Below are positions 50,858 to 60,791 of a stretch of 64,000 bases of DNA, in pieces. The DNA is from Dolichospermum compactum NIES-806 (lineage in GTDB: Bacteria > Cyanobacteriota > Cyanobacteriia > Cyanobacteriales > Nostocaceae): NCBI RefSeq assembly GCF_002368115.1, contig NZ_AP018316.1, positions 305,344 to 369,343 of the forward strand, read 5' to 3'. Position 1 is the first letter of the stretch. Each line of letters begins with the position of its first letter. Both the position numbers and the translations under genes were made by a program. Below the pieces are notes generated by a model, which worked only from the letters and a program-made list of their open reading frames with translations, made no database searches and was not told the DNA's origin.

Positions 50858-53584
50858 ATGAATAACATCGTTAATAACATTGCTAATCGTCTCAGTTTGC
50901 GCCCTCCGCAAAGACAATCATTAGAAATTTTGGATCGGGTTTGTGATATTTTGCCTATCAATGGACAATCAGATATAGAAACAAGTTTAGCGAAAATTCA
51001 TCAACAATTCTACACAGTTACAGATTTTGAAAGGGAATTTCCATCACTATGTTTTGCACTAGCTACAGGTGTGGGTAAAACGCGATTAATGGGGGCTTTT
51101 ATCAGCTACTTAAATCTAGTACACGGGATCAAGAATTTCTTTGTTTTAGCACCTAATTTAACAATTTATAATAAACTAATTACAGATTTTACACCTAATA
51201 ATCCCAAATATGTATTTACAGGTATTTCTGAATTTGCAATCAATTCACCAATTATTATCACAGGTGAAAACTATGAAACCAATGCGAGAACAATTTTAGA
51301 TCCACAAATTACTTGTAAAATCAATATTTTTAACATATCAAAAATTAATTCTGAAGTGCGCGGTGGTAAAAGTCCCAAAATCAAACGACTATCTGAATAT
51401 ATTGGTGAAAGTTATTTTGATTATCTTTCCCAGTTAAAAGACTTAGTAATTTTAATGGATGAATCCCACCGATATCGAGCATCAGCAGGAATTAGAGCAA
51501 TTAATGAATTAAAACCATTAATGGGTTTAGAACTCACAGCTACACCTTCTGTAGAAACCAGTAAAAAACCTGTATATTTTAAAAATGTTATCTATGAATA
51601 TTCTTTAGGAAAAGCAATTACAGATGGTTTTGTGAAAGATCCTGCGGTTGTTACTCGTAAAGACTTTAATCCTGCCAGTTTATCACCAGCAGCAATTGAA
51701 CAAATCAAATTAGAAGATGGAATTTATTTACACGAAAATATTAAGGCTGAATTAAAAACCTATGCTTTGCAAACAGTAAAGCCAATTGTTAAACCTTTTA
51801 TGCTAGTAATTGCCCGTGACACTACCCATGCTACACAACTTTTAGAAATGATTAAATCTGATGAATTTGCAGCAGGGTTCTATAAAGATAAAGTCATACA
51901 AGTTGATTCTAGTAAAACAGGCACTCAAGAAGATGAAATGGTAGAAAGATTGCTAAAAGTAGAACATCCAGATGAACCAACGGAAATAGTTATTCATGTG
52001 AATATGTTAAAAGAAGGTTGGGATGTTACTAACCTTTATACAATCGTACCATTAAGAGCCGCAAATTCGGAAATTTTGATTAAACAATCTATTGGTAGAG
52101 GATTACGTTTACCTTATGGAAAGCGTACAGGTATCACCATTGTAGATCGTTTAAATATTGTTGCCCATGACAAATTTCAAGAAATTGTGGAAGAAGCAAA
52201 ACGCCCAGAATCAGAAATTAGATTGCAACAAATTATTCTCACATCTGAAGAGTTAGAAGAAAAAAACAAAACAGTAGTTTCACAGTCAAAACTTGCCCAA
52301 ACTTTAGGAATGACGACGGAACAAAAGAGTGAAAAAAATATAACTGTCCCAGAAACAGAAAGCCAAAATATTCAAACGTCTATATTTGCATCTACCATAG
52401 AACAAAAAATTGCAAACCTGACTTACCAAGAGATTCAAAAGTTAGAAAGTCAGCCGGAAAAAGTACCAACTACATCCTATCTTTCAACACCAAAAGTTCA
52501 ATCAATAGTGCGGGAAGCTGTAGCTAGAGAATATCAGCCGGAACAACTGGAAATTGAAGGTGTAAGCACACCACCAGATATTGCAGATATTGTGGCTAAA
52601 ACCACTAATTTAGTTATTCAACAAACCATTGATATTCCCAAAATTATTGTTGTTCCCCAAAGGGAAGTAAAATCAGGTTTTAGGTCTTTTGCTTTAGATG
52701 TGACAGGTTTAAATTATCGTGTTCCATCCAAAAAAGAATTATATATCCAATCGTTAGCAACGGATGATTCTACATCTTTAGAAATCAAAACAGACGATTT
52801 TGAAGAATTTCAGTTAGAAAACTATATTGTCAAAAATTTAGTCAATTTTGATGATATTTGTTATGATGAAAATGCTGATTTACTTTATGATTTAGCAAGT
52901 CAGGTTATTAGTCATTTTCTCACTTACTTATCAGAAGAAGAGACACAGAAAGTTTTATCTGATAACCAAATCGAAATTGCTAACTTTGTCCATAACCAGA
53001 TGATAAAACATTTCTGGGAAGATGATAAGGTTGAGTACAAATACGAAATTAGCAAAGGTTTTACAACCTTAAAAGAGAGTGCATATACCACAAATGCGAA
53101 GAATTATTTAAATTATAGAACCTCGCCTCCAGATAAAAGCAATATGTCCAAATATCTGTTTACAGGGTTTTCTAAATGCCTCTATAAAGAACAAAAATTT
53201 CAATCAGAAGCAGAAAGAGTATTATCTATAATTTTAGAACGAGATGCAATAAAATGGTTTAAACCAGCAAGAGGACAATTTCAGATTTATTACCAATGGG
53301 ATGGAAATTATTTAGAATATCAACCCGATTTTGTAGCAGAAACAGCAGAAATTATCTATATGCTTGAACCCAAAAATCGAGAGGAAATAGATCATCCTCA
53401 AGTAGTTGCTAAGAAGAATGTAGCCGTTAAATGGTGTCAAAATGCCTCTAATTATATGCTACAACACAATGGAAAGCCTTGGGTTTATGTGTTGATACCC
53501 CATGATGCGATCGCCCAAAATATGACTCTCAAAGGATTAGGCGATGCCTTCGGCGAGCGCAGCTATCGCTTTCAAACAAAGTAA
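50858..53584 (+). CDS. res: Type III restriction endonuclease, Res subunit (SF2 helicase plus C-terminal nuclease)
   Basis: Helicase motif I ALATGVGKTRLM, motif II LVILMDESHRY, later motifs (..MLKEGWDV.., QSIGRGLRL), and a C-terminal region of about 250 aa after the helicase. It starts 15 bp after the mod stop. Confidence 0.85.
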   Translation: MNNIVNNIANRLSLRPPQRQSLEILDRVCDILPINGQSDIETSLAKIHQQFYTVTDFEREFPSLCFALATGVGKTRLMGAFISYLNLVHGIKNFFVLAPNLTIYNKLITDFTPNNPKYVFTGISEFAINSPIIITGENYETNARTILDPQITCKINIFNISKINSEVRGGKSPKIKRLSEYIGESYFDYLSQLKDLVILMDESHRYRASAGIRAINELKPLMGLELTATPSVETSKKPVYFKNVIYEYSLGKAITDGFVKDPAVVTRKDFNPASLSPAAIEQIKLEDGIYLHENIKAELKTYALQTVKPIVKPFMLVIARDTTHATQLLEMIKSDEFAAGFYKDKVIQVDSSKTGTQEDEMVERLLKVEHPDEPTEIVIHVNMLKEGWDVTNLYTIVPLRAANSEILIKQSIGRGLRLPYGKRTGITIVDRLNIVAHDKFQEIVEEAKRPESEIRLQQIILTSEELEEKNKTVVSQSKLAQTLGMTTEQKSEKNITVPETESQNIQTSIFASTIEQKIANLTYQEIQKLESQPEKVPTTSYLSTPKVQSIVREAVAREYQPEQLEIEGVSTPPDIADIVAKTTNLVIQQTIDIPKIIVVPQREVKSGFRSFALDVTGLNYRVPSKKELYIQSLATDDSTSLEIKTDDFEEFQLENYIVKNLVNFDDICYDENADLLYDLASQVISHFLTYLSEEETQKVLSDNQIEIANFVHNQMIKHFWEDDKVEYKYEISKGFTTLKESAYTTNAKNYLNYRTSPPDKSNMSKYLFTGFSKCLYKEQKFQSEAERVLSIILERDAIKWFKPARGQFQIYYQWDGNYLEYQPDFVAETAEIIYMLEPKNREEIDHPQVVAKKNVAVKWCQNASNYMLQHNGKPWVYVLIPHDAIAQNMTLKGLGDAFGERSYRFQTK

Positions 53585-53600
53585 CAGGTGATAAGAATTA

Positions 53601-54116
53601 TCATCGTTGACTCATCTTTTTTGCTAGTTCGGAAGGACTGATAGATTCGTAATGTTCAAAAGGTTGATGAATCCAAGGATTATCAGCCAGATAATCAACG
53701 TGGTAGTCAGGAACAACAACTGAACAAGCTTTATACCAAATTACAGCGGTGCGAATTTCTTGAATGGGAAAATCATCATGTTTCTGTAGCCAGGGAACTG
53801 TTTGTTGAATAGTGATACCAGAGTCTACTAAATCATCTACTAGCAAAATCCGTGAACCTAAATTTCCGCTAGTCATGGTTAATTGATGAGAAATAATTAA
53901 ATTACTCCTTTCATGTTTACCCGCGCCGCTGTAAGATGAAGTAGATAAAATTGCCAAGGGTTGATTGTATATGCGGGAGAGAATATCTCCTACTCGCAGT
54001 CCTCCTCTGGCTAAACAGACAATTTGGTTAAATTCCCAACCTGATTGATAAATCTTTACAGCCAGTTGTTCAATTTTGTGGTGATAATCTGACCAAGAAA
54101 TGTAAAGGTCTGACAT
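53601..54116 (-). CDS. phosphoribosyltransferase family protein (purine PRTase-like)
   Basis: 171 aa with the PRPP-binding motif ILLVDDLVDSGIT. Confidence 0.7.
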   Translation of the reverse strand: MSDLYISWSDYHHKIEQLAVKIYQSGWEFNQIVCLARGGLRVGDILSRIYNQPLAILSTSSYSGAGKHERSNLIISHQLTMTSGNLGSRILLVDDLVDSGITIQQTVPWLQKHDDFPIQEIRTAVIWYKACSVVVPDYHVDYLADNPWIHQPFEHYESISPSELAKKMSQR

Positions 54117-54187
54117 AAGACTAAAATAAGTGTGTTAATAATTGTTAATTATCTGTTGTCAATTGTCAATTCATAAGGGTGTAATTT

Positions 54188-55639
54188 ATGGTTAAAGATA
54201 ATTCTCATAATAACGGTTTTTACCAATCTCTGACCAGTGAAAAATTAGATTTTAAAACTAAATTAGCTTATGGGGCTGGAGATTTGGGTCCGGCGATTAC
54301 TGCCAATATTGCTGTATTTTATCTGCTGGTTTTCTTTACCAATGTGGCAGGAATTCCAGCGGGTTTGGCAGGTAGTATTTTGATGATTGGCAAAATTTGG
54401 GATGGTATCAATGATCCTATGGTGGGAATGCTGACTGATAAAACCCAATCCCGCCGCTGGGGTCGTCGTTTACCTTGGCTTTTATATGGGGCAATTCCTT
54501 TTGGTTTTTTCTTTTTCTTGCAGTGGATTGTCCCCCAATTTAGTGCCGATAAAAGTGTTAATATTTGGTGTTTATTTTGGTATTATGTAGTAATTGGCAT
54601 TGTCTCTCAGGCATTTTTTACTGTTGTGAATTTGCCCTATACAGCCATGACTCCTGAATTAACTCAGGATTACGATGAACGGACTAGTTTAAATAGTTTT
54701 CGGTTTACGTTTTCCATTGGTGGCAGTATTTTATCGTTGATTTTATCAAAAATTATTTTCTCACAAATTAGCGATCGCCAACAACAGTATCTAATTTTAG
54801 CGGCTGTGTGTACCGTGATTTCGGTTTTATCCTTGTATTGGTGCGTTTATGGGGTGCGCGATCGCATTTTGGCTTTTGAAGCTAAACGGATTTCTTTACC
54901 ACAAGAAGCAGAAATTCCCTTTCTAGAACAGCTAAAAATTGTCTTTAGTAATAAACCTTTTCTGTTTGTAATTGCTATTTATCTTTTTTCTTGGTTAGGT
55001 GTGCAAATCACAGCCAGCATTATTCCTTATTTTGTCGTTAACTGCATGAAACTGAAAGAGGGAGATGTTCCCACAGTCATGATTGCAGTTCAGGGAACGG
55101 CTTTGTTTATGTTATTTATTTGGAGTTATTTAAGTAAAAAGATTGGCAAAAAAATCGTTTATTTCTTAGGAATGAGTTCCTGGATTATTGCTGCTGCTGG
55201 ATTATTTTTCCTACAGCCAAATCAAATTGGTTTGATGTATGTTATGGCTATAATGGCAGGTGTGGGAGTTTCCACAGCTTATCTAATTCCTTGGTCTATG
55301 ATACCTGATGTGATTGAATTAGATGAATTGCAAACAGGACAACGCCGCGAAGGTATTTTCTATGGTTTCATGGTGTTATTGCAAAAATTTGGTTTAGCTT
55401 TTGGGCTATTTTTGGTCGGTAATACTTTACAAGCCTATGGTTTTAAAGAAGCTGTGGCTGGACAAAGTTCTTTACCCATACAACCTGAATCTGCACTTTT
55501 AGCCATTCGTATCGCCGTTGGACCCATACCAACTGTTTGTTTAATTGCAGGTTTGATTTTAGTTTACTTCTATCCTATTACTCGTGAGATTCATGCAGAA
55601 ATGATACTAAAACTGCAAGAACAACGAGAAAATAAATAA
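54188..55639 (+). CDS. MFS transporter, GPH (glycoside-pentoside-hexuronide:cation symporter) family
   Basis: GDLGPAITANI...GKIWDGINDPMVGMLTDKTQSRRWGRRLPWLL is the GPH family D-x-x-x-G...D...R-x-G-R-R-x-P-W motif. 12 TM segments. Confidence 0.75.
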   Translation: MVKDNSHNNGFYQSLTSEKLDFKTKLAYGAGDLGPAITANIAVFYLLVFFTNVAGIPAGLAGSILMIGKIWDGINDPMVGMLTDKTQSRRWGRRLPWLLYGAIPFGFFFFLQWIVPQFSADKSVNIWCLFWYYVVIGIVSQAFFTVVNLPYTAMTPELTQDYDERTSLNSFRFTFSIGGSILSLILSKIIFSQISDRQQQYLILAAVCTVISVLSLYWCVYGVRDRILAFEAKRISLPQEAEIPFLEQLKIVFSNKPFLFVIAIYLFSWLGVQITASIIPYFVVNCMKLKEGDVPTVMIAVQGTALFMLFIWSYLSKKIGKKIVYFLGMSSWIIAAAGLFFLQPNQIGLMYVMAIMAGVGVSTAYLIPWSMIPDVIELDELQTGQRREGIFYGFMVLLQKFGLAFGLFLVGNTLQAYGFKEAVAGQSSLPIQPESALLAIRIAVGPIPTVCLIAGLILVYFYPITREIHAEMILKLQEQRENK

Positions 55640-56202
55640 ACACAACTGTTACGTATAGAACTCATATACAGCAATCCTAAATAAGATATGAACACCTCTT
55701 TTTCTCTACCTCTGCGGTCTCTGTCTATGTGCATTGGCCAATATGCGGTTTTTCAAGAAACTTCCCGTCAAGAAGTTGTCAGATTACAAGCGGGTGCGGA
55801 AGATACACTTCATGCGTGGAAAAAGATTTAAAAGTTCTATACCAGCGGGTAAACAATAGTGAACAGAGTAGAAAATTTTTTGGTGGGCAACACCCACGTT
55901 AGAAGGTGTTTGAAAAGTATTTAGATGAAACCGATAATCTCCAAAAACCTAACTACCCTGCCCCCTTCCCTACGTTAGCGCAGCGTGCCGAAGGAAGGGG
56001 GGTTTCAAAGCCTCTCTCCGCTTCGGGGAGAGGTTTGGAGAGGGGTTTGTTTATACATTAAAAACTTTTCAAACATCCTCTTACATAATATTGCAAAAAT
56101 CAAATATTATTTCCATCTAAATTATCTCTTCGATGTTATAATTAATTTTAAGTTAGATGATCAATAAGTAAATCTCTCCAAACAAATACTAGAGAAAAAA
56201 CC

Positions 56203-56646
56203 ATGACATCATCTCTTTATGAAACAGATCACAACCAATGGACACAAGATACTATCCAATACATTCAAAACCGTAATTTTGACAGCATAGATTGGGATAG
56301 CTTAATCGAAGAACTAGAAATTATGGGAAAAAACGACAAACGCGCCATAATTAGTCTGTTGACCCGTGTTCTAGAACATCTACTAAAATTGTCTTACTGG
56401 GAATCTGAAAAAACAAGATCCGGTAATCACTGGGCTGCGGAAATTGTCAACTTTCGCGCCCAAATTCAAGGGCGTTTGGAAGATAGTCCTAGCCTTTATT
56501 CTCAATTACAAACGTTCTACGAAAAAGCTCATCCCGTCGCTATCAAGTCCGTTTCTAAGTTATGTCCACTTCCCCCAGATGCTCACATTAGCCTCTTGCA
56601 AGCCCTAGATGACAACTGGTTTCCGAATGACATCTCAAATGATTAA
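56203..56646 (+). CDS. DUF29 family protein (paralogue of 20679-21134)
   Basis: LYETDHNQWTQDTIQYIQNRNFDSIDWDSLIEELEIMGKNDKRAIISLLTRVLEHLLKL. Confidence 0.7.
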   Translation: MTSSLYETDHNQWTQDTIQYIQNRNFDSIDWDSLIEELEIMGKNDKRAIISLLTRVLEHLLKLSYWESEKTRSGNHWAAEIVNFRAQIQGRLEDSPSLYSQLQTFYEKAHPVAIKSVSKLCPLPPDAHISLLQALDDNWFPNDISND

Positions 56647-56688
56647 ATATCACAGTATTCAACAGCAGAGACAGATACAATTGATATA

Positions 56689-58479
56689 ATGAACCTTACA
56701 CAAGAACAACTAAAACTCAAATTAACACAGGCTTTAGTGGCTGCTTTTGGTACAGATTATACTAATACAGATCCAATTTTGGTTTCTGCCAGTAATCCTA
56801 AATTTGGTGACTATCAAGCTAATGTGGCTTTATCCCTGAGTAAAAAGTTAGGAAAGCAACCCAGAATTATCGCTGCGGAAATCGTCAGTAAATTAGATGT
56901 ATCTGATATTTGTGAACCTCCAGAAATCGCTGGTCCTGGTTTTATTAACCTCAAATTACAAACGTCCTACTTAGAAGCACAACTTAACGCGATTCAAATA
57001 GATGCTAGATTGGGAATACCCACAGCGAAAAATCCCCAAAAGCAAATTGTTGATTTTTCCAGTCCGAATATTGCTAAAGAAATGCACGTTGGCCATTTAC
57101 GTTCTACTATTATTGGTGATTCTATTGCCCGGATTTTAGAATTTTGTGGTCATGATGTTTTGCGGTTAAATCATGTTGGTGATTGGGGTACACAATTTGG
57201 GATGTTAATTACTCATCTTGTTGATTGTTATCCCGATCTACAGGGTATTATCTTTATGGAAACTCCTCTAGGCAACTATTTACTTGGTGATGTAAATATA
57301 GGAGACTTGGTTGAGTTCTATAGAGAGTCTAAGAAGAAATTTGATAACGATGAAGAATTTCGAGAAAGATCCCGAAAAGCAGTAGTAAGCCTACAATCCG
57401 GGGATAAATTCACAAAAGACGCATGGGATCTTCTTTGTGAGGCTTCTCGACAAGAATTTAAAATCATTTATGATTTACTGAATATCAAATTAATAGAAAG
57501 AGGTGAATCTTTTTATAATCCCTTATTACCAAAGGTTGTGGAAGATTTAGCAACAACGGGATTATTAGAAGAAAGTCAAGGGGCAAAATGTGTTTTCTTG
57601 GATGGTTTTACTAATAGAGAAGGTGATCCTTTACCCTTAATTGTCCAAAAAACTGACGGTGGTTATAACTACGCAACTACAGATTTAGCTGCACTAGGTT
57701 ATCGCATTCAAGAAGATAAAGCCAAGCGAATTGTTTATGTGACAGACGAAGGACAATCTAACCACTTTGCCCAATTTTTCCAAGTCGCAAGAAAGGCAAA
57801 TTGGATTCCTGATGATGTGGAATTAGTTCATGTTCCTTTTGGGTTAGTGTTAGGTGAAGATGGGAAAAAATTTAAAACTCGTTCTGGGGATACTGTGCGG
57901 TTACGCGATTTGTTAGATGAAGCAATTAACCGCGCTCGTGCAGACATAGAAAATAGATTACAAGAAGATGGACGCACAGAAACAGAAGAATTTATTCAAA
58001 ATGTCGCAGAAGTTGTGGGAATTAGTGCGGTTAAATATGCAGATTTAAGCCAAAATCGCACCAGTAGTTATGTCTTTAGTTATGACAAAATGTTATCTCT
58101 AAAGGGCAATACAGCCCCTTATCTTCTCTATGCTTATGTGAGAATTCAAGGTATTAGTCGTCAAGGGAATATTGATTTTACTAACTTGGGAATAAATCGC
58201 CAAATCTTGCTGAAAGAAGATGCAGAATTAACTTTAGCTAAACATCTACTGCAACTTGATGAGGTAATTAAGGAAGTAGAACAGGATTTATTACCAAATC
58301 GTTTGTGTGATTATTTGTATCAACTCAGCGATAAGTTTAACAAGTTCTATGAAAATTGCCCTGTTCTCAAATCTGAAGAACCTGCTAGAACTTCGCGGTT
58401 AATGTTATGTGATTTAACTGCAAAAACTCTGAAGTTGGGATTATCTTTGTTGGGAATTAAGGTTTTAGAAAGGATGTAA
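56689..58479 (+). CDS. argS: arginine--tRNA ligase
   Basis: [25 protein letters not shown] (the HIGH motif), a class I Rossmann core and the C-terminal DALR anticodon-binding region. 596 aa. Confidence 0.95.
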   Translation: MNLTQEQLKLKLTQALVAAFGTDYTNTDPILVSASNPKFGDYQANVALSLSKKLGKQPRIIAAEIVSKLDVSDICEPPEIAGPGFINLKLQTSYLEAQLNAIQIDARLGIPTAKNPQKQIVDFSSPNIAKEMHVGHLRSTIIGDSIARILEFCGHDVLRLNHVGDWGTQFGMLITHLVDCYPDLQGIIFMETPLGNYLLGDVNIGDLVEFYRESKKKFDNDEEFRERSRKAVVSLQSGDKFTKDAWDLLCEASRQEFKIIYDLLNIKLIERGESFYNPLLPKVVEDLATTGLLEESQGAKCVFLDGFTNREGDPLPLIVQKTDGGYNYATTDLAALGYRIQEDKAKRIVYVTDEGQSNHFAQFFQVARKANWIPDDVELVHVPFGLVLGEDGKKFKTRSGDTVRLRDLLDEAINRARADIENRLQEDGRTETEEFIQNVAEVVGISAVKYADLSQNRTSSYVFSYDKMLSLKGNTAPYLLYAYVRIQGISRQGNIDFTNLGINRQILLKEDAELTLAKHLLQLDEVIKEVEQDLLPNRLCDYLYQLSDKFNKFYENCPVLKSEEPARTSRLMLCDLTAKTLKLGLSLLGIKVLERM

Positions 58480-58890
58480 CCCACATTCCGAACTTCATTT
58501 TGTAATACACCAAGATTACCAATATAGGGCTAATAATAGTCAGATAGCGATTCCTACGGAGCGCTTCGCTATCGCATTACCACCAGGAAAAATCAGGATT
58601 AATATTTAATAAAACTATCCTAATTTAGTAACATTTTTTGAAGCATAAGTATGTGACACTTTGAAGTGCGGAATGCCGGTTTACGTAATAAATAAAGGAT
58701 GTTCAATGGACATCTCCAGAAATTAAATATGCGTATCCTAGTACCGCCGTAAGTAATCGAACAAAATTAATTACACAGAAATCTGGGCTGAAATCCTTAA
58801 ATGGCAAAGAATTCGTAAATCATCAATGTATAATTAATTTTATCGCGGTACTTATTGCAGAGTGAATAATTCACATAACTACCAAAAAAA

Positions 58891-58906
58891 ATGTAATCTT
58901 CAATAC
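58891..58906. promoter_or_regulatory. candidate NtcA-binding site (TGTA-N8-TACA) of an NtcA-activated promoter for amt
   Basis: tGTAatcttcaaTACa lies about 100 bp upstream of the amt ATG, with a TAN3T-like -10 (tatttt) about 20 bp downstream of it. Confidence 0.5.
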
Positions 58907-59005
58907 AGAATATTTTTTTAATCAACTATAAAATTACCAGATTAATTTTATTCAGCAAACATAAAGAGATCAGGAATTACTGAGTCAGCAATAAGAACAA
59001 CAACC

Positions 59006-60448
59006 ATGAACAAACGTATTCGTCCTTTATATCGTCTTTTAGCACTAGCTATAGGTGCAATGGTTTTGGCAATTTTTGCTCCCACAGTTGTCCAAGCTGC
59101 AGATCCTGTGACACTGGAATCTTTAAATGCCACAACTGAGCAATTACAAATTTCCATTGATACTACCTGGGTACTACTCACAGGCTTTTTAGTATTTTTC
59201 ATGCAGACTGGTTTTTCCATGTTAGAGGCAGGTTTGCTACGCCAAAGAGGTGTAGTTAATGCCTTATTAGAAAACTTTATTGATGCGGCTGTCACCATTC
59301 TAATCTGGTGGGGTGTGGGCTTTGGCATCGCTTTTGGTACAAGTGCTGGTGGGTTTATTGGTACAGACACTTTTTTCTTAAGTCAATTACCAGTTAACGG
59401 TACTTTTACTAATGGTGGTGTGCCAGGAATAGCTTCAGGACTCAATGCTTATACTTTGTTCTTCTTTCAGTTTGCTTTTGCGGCTACTGCCAGTACAATT
59501 ACTACTGGGGCAATGGCTGGGAGAACGGACTTTATCGGTGATTTAATCTACAGCGCTGTCATGGCTGCGTTCAGCTATCCCGTGATTGTGCATTGGGTAT
59601 GGAACTCCAGCGGCTGGTTATCGAAAATAGGTTTTCATGATTTTGCTGGTAGTACAGTGGTTCATACCGTTGGTGGTTGGACAGCTTTAGTTGGTGCTTT
59701 TTTACTTGGTCCACGCCCTGGACGAACTCCTTGGGGGCAGATTCCTCCAGCCCATAACTTAGGTTTGGCAGCTTTGGGAACTATGATTCTCTGGTTTGGC
59801 TGGTATGGCTTTAACCCCGGTTCAACCCTCGGTACTGGTAATCCTGGCTTAATTGGTTTAATCACCCTGAATACGACCCTGGGGGCTGGTGCTGGGGCGT
59901 TAGCGGCGATGTTTTATCAATATAGTCGTTCACGTAAATGGGATTTAGTCTATTGTCTGAATGGTTCTTTGGCAGGTTTGGTAGGGATTACCGCTGGTTG
60001 TGCTTTCATAGCGCCTTGGGCGGCGGTGGTGATTGGTTTAACTGGGGGAATTTTAGTAGTTTTAGGAATTGATATTATTGAATCATGCAAAATTGATGAT
60101 CCGGCAGGAGCATTTGCTGTTCATGGTATTAATGGCATGATGGGTACACTTGCAGTTGGTTTTTTAGGTCAACCAGAACTGACTTTGAATCAAAAAGCTG
60201 GATTTTTATTAGGTGGTGGTTTTGATTTGCTGGGTGTGCAGATTTTGGGCCTAGTCGCAGTATCAGTTTTCACTATTGGTTTTGCCTTTTTAATGTTTAC
60301 TGGACTCAATGCTATTGGTAAGCTGCGTGTTAATTCTGAAGCTGATAAGGTGGGGATTGATAACTATGAACATGGTGCAACTGTCTGGCCTGATGTTTAT
60401 GCTGTTGAGGAGTTTGTAGAGCAGGAAAAAAGTTACTCTAATAAATAA
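59006..60448 (+). CDS. amt: ammonium transporter (Amt family) with a cleavable N-terminal signal peptide
   Basis: Signal peptide ...VVQAADP, about 11 TM helices, and the twin-His pore region ...FHDFAGSTVVHTVGGW.. ...FAVHGINGMMGTL... Confidence 0.9.
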   Translation: MNKRIRPLYRLLALAIGAMVLAIFAPTVVQAADPVTLESLNATTEQLQISIDTTWVLLTGFLVFFMQTGFSMLEAGLLRQRGVVNALLENFIDAAVTILIWWGVGFGIAFGTSAGGFIGTDTFFLSQLPVNGTFTNGGVPGIASGLNAYTLFFFQFAFAATASTITTGAMAGRTDFIGDLIYSAVMAAFSYPVIVHWVWNSSGWLSKIGFHDFAGSTVVHTVGGWTALVGAFLLGPRPGRTPWGQIPPAHNLGLAALGTMILWFGWYGFNPGSTLGTGNPGLIGLITLNTTLGAGAGALAAMFYQYSRSRKWDLVYCLNGSLAGLVGITAGCAFIAPWAAVVIGLTGGILVVLGIDIIESCKIDDPAGAFAVHGINGMMGTLAVGFLGQPELTLNQKAGFLLGGGFDLLGVQILGLVAVSVFTIGFAFLMFTGLNAIGKLRVNSEADKVGIDNYEHGATVWPDVYAVEEFVEQEKSYSNK

Positions 60449-60451
60449 TCC

Positions 60452-60566
60452 GGCGTTGCTGAATTGAGGTATGAAATTCCCAAATTGAATCTTTAAAACT
60501 CAAACCTCAGTGCGTCTTTGCGCCTTTGCTTGAGACTAAAATTCATACCCTTAATCAGCAACGCCA
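60452..60566. mobile_element. MITE family B, copy 2 (115 bp, inverted relative to copy 1, lacks the nested insert)
   Basis: ggcgttgctgaattgaggtatgaaattccc...cttaatcagcaacgcc. Its reverse complement aligns to 42204-42363. Confidence 0.6.
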
Positions 60567-60791
60567 ATAATCCTTAGAGGATGTTTGAAAAGTATCAGAA
60601 TTAATCGAGATCCCCCCAACCCCCCTTACAAAGGGGGGCTAAATTCCTCAAAGTCCCCCTTGAAAAGGGGGATTTATGGGGATCTGCGGGTGTCAGATCC
60701 CACACGAAAAAGTTTTCAAACAACCTCTTAAATTGGTACATACAGCAGGAGTAATATTTGAGGCGGGGAAACCCCGCCCCTAGGGGTGTAT

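Noticed and set aside
55688-55831. 47-codon ORF ([28 protein letters not shown]...) after the GPH transporter
   Set aside because: There is no supporting motif or visible RBS conservation. It is noted only as a possible small protein and not reported as a feature.
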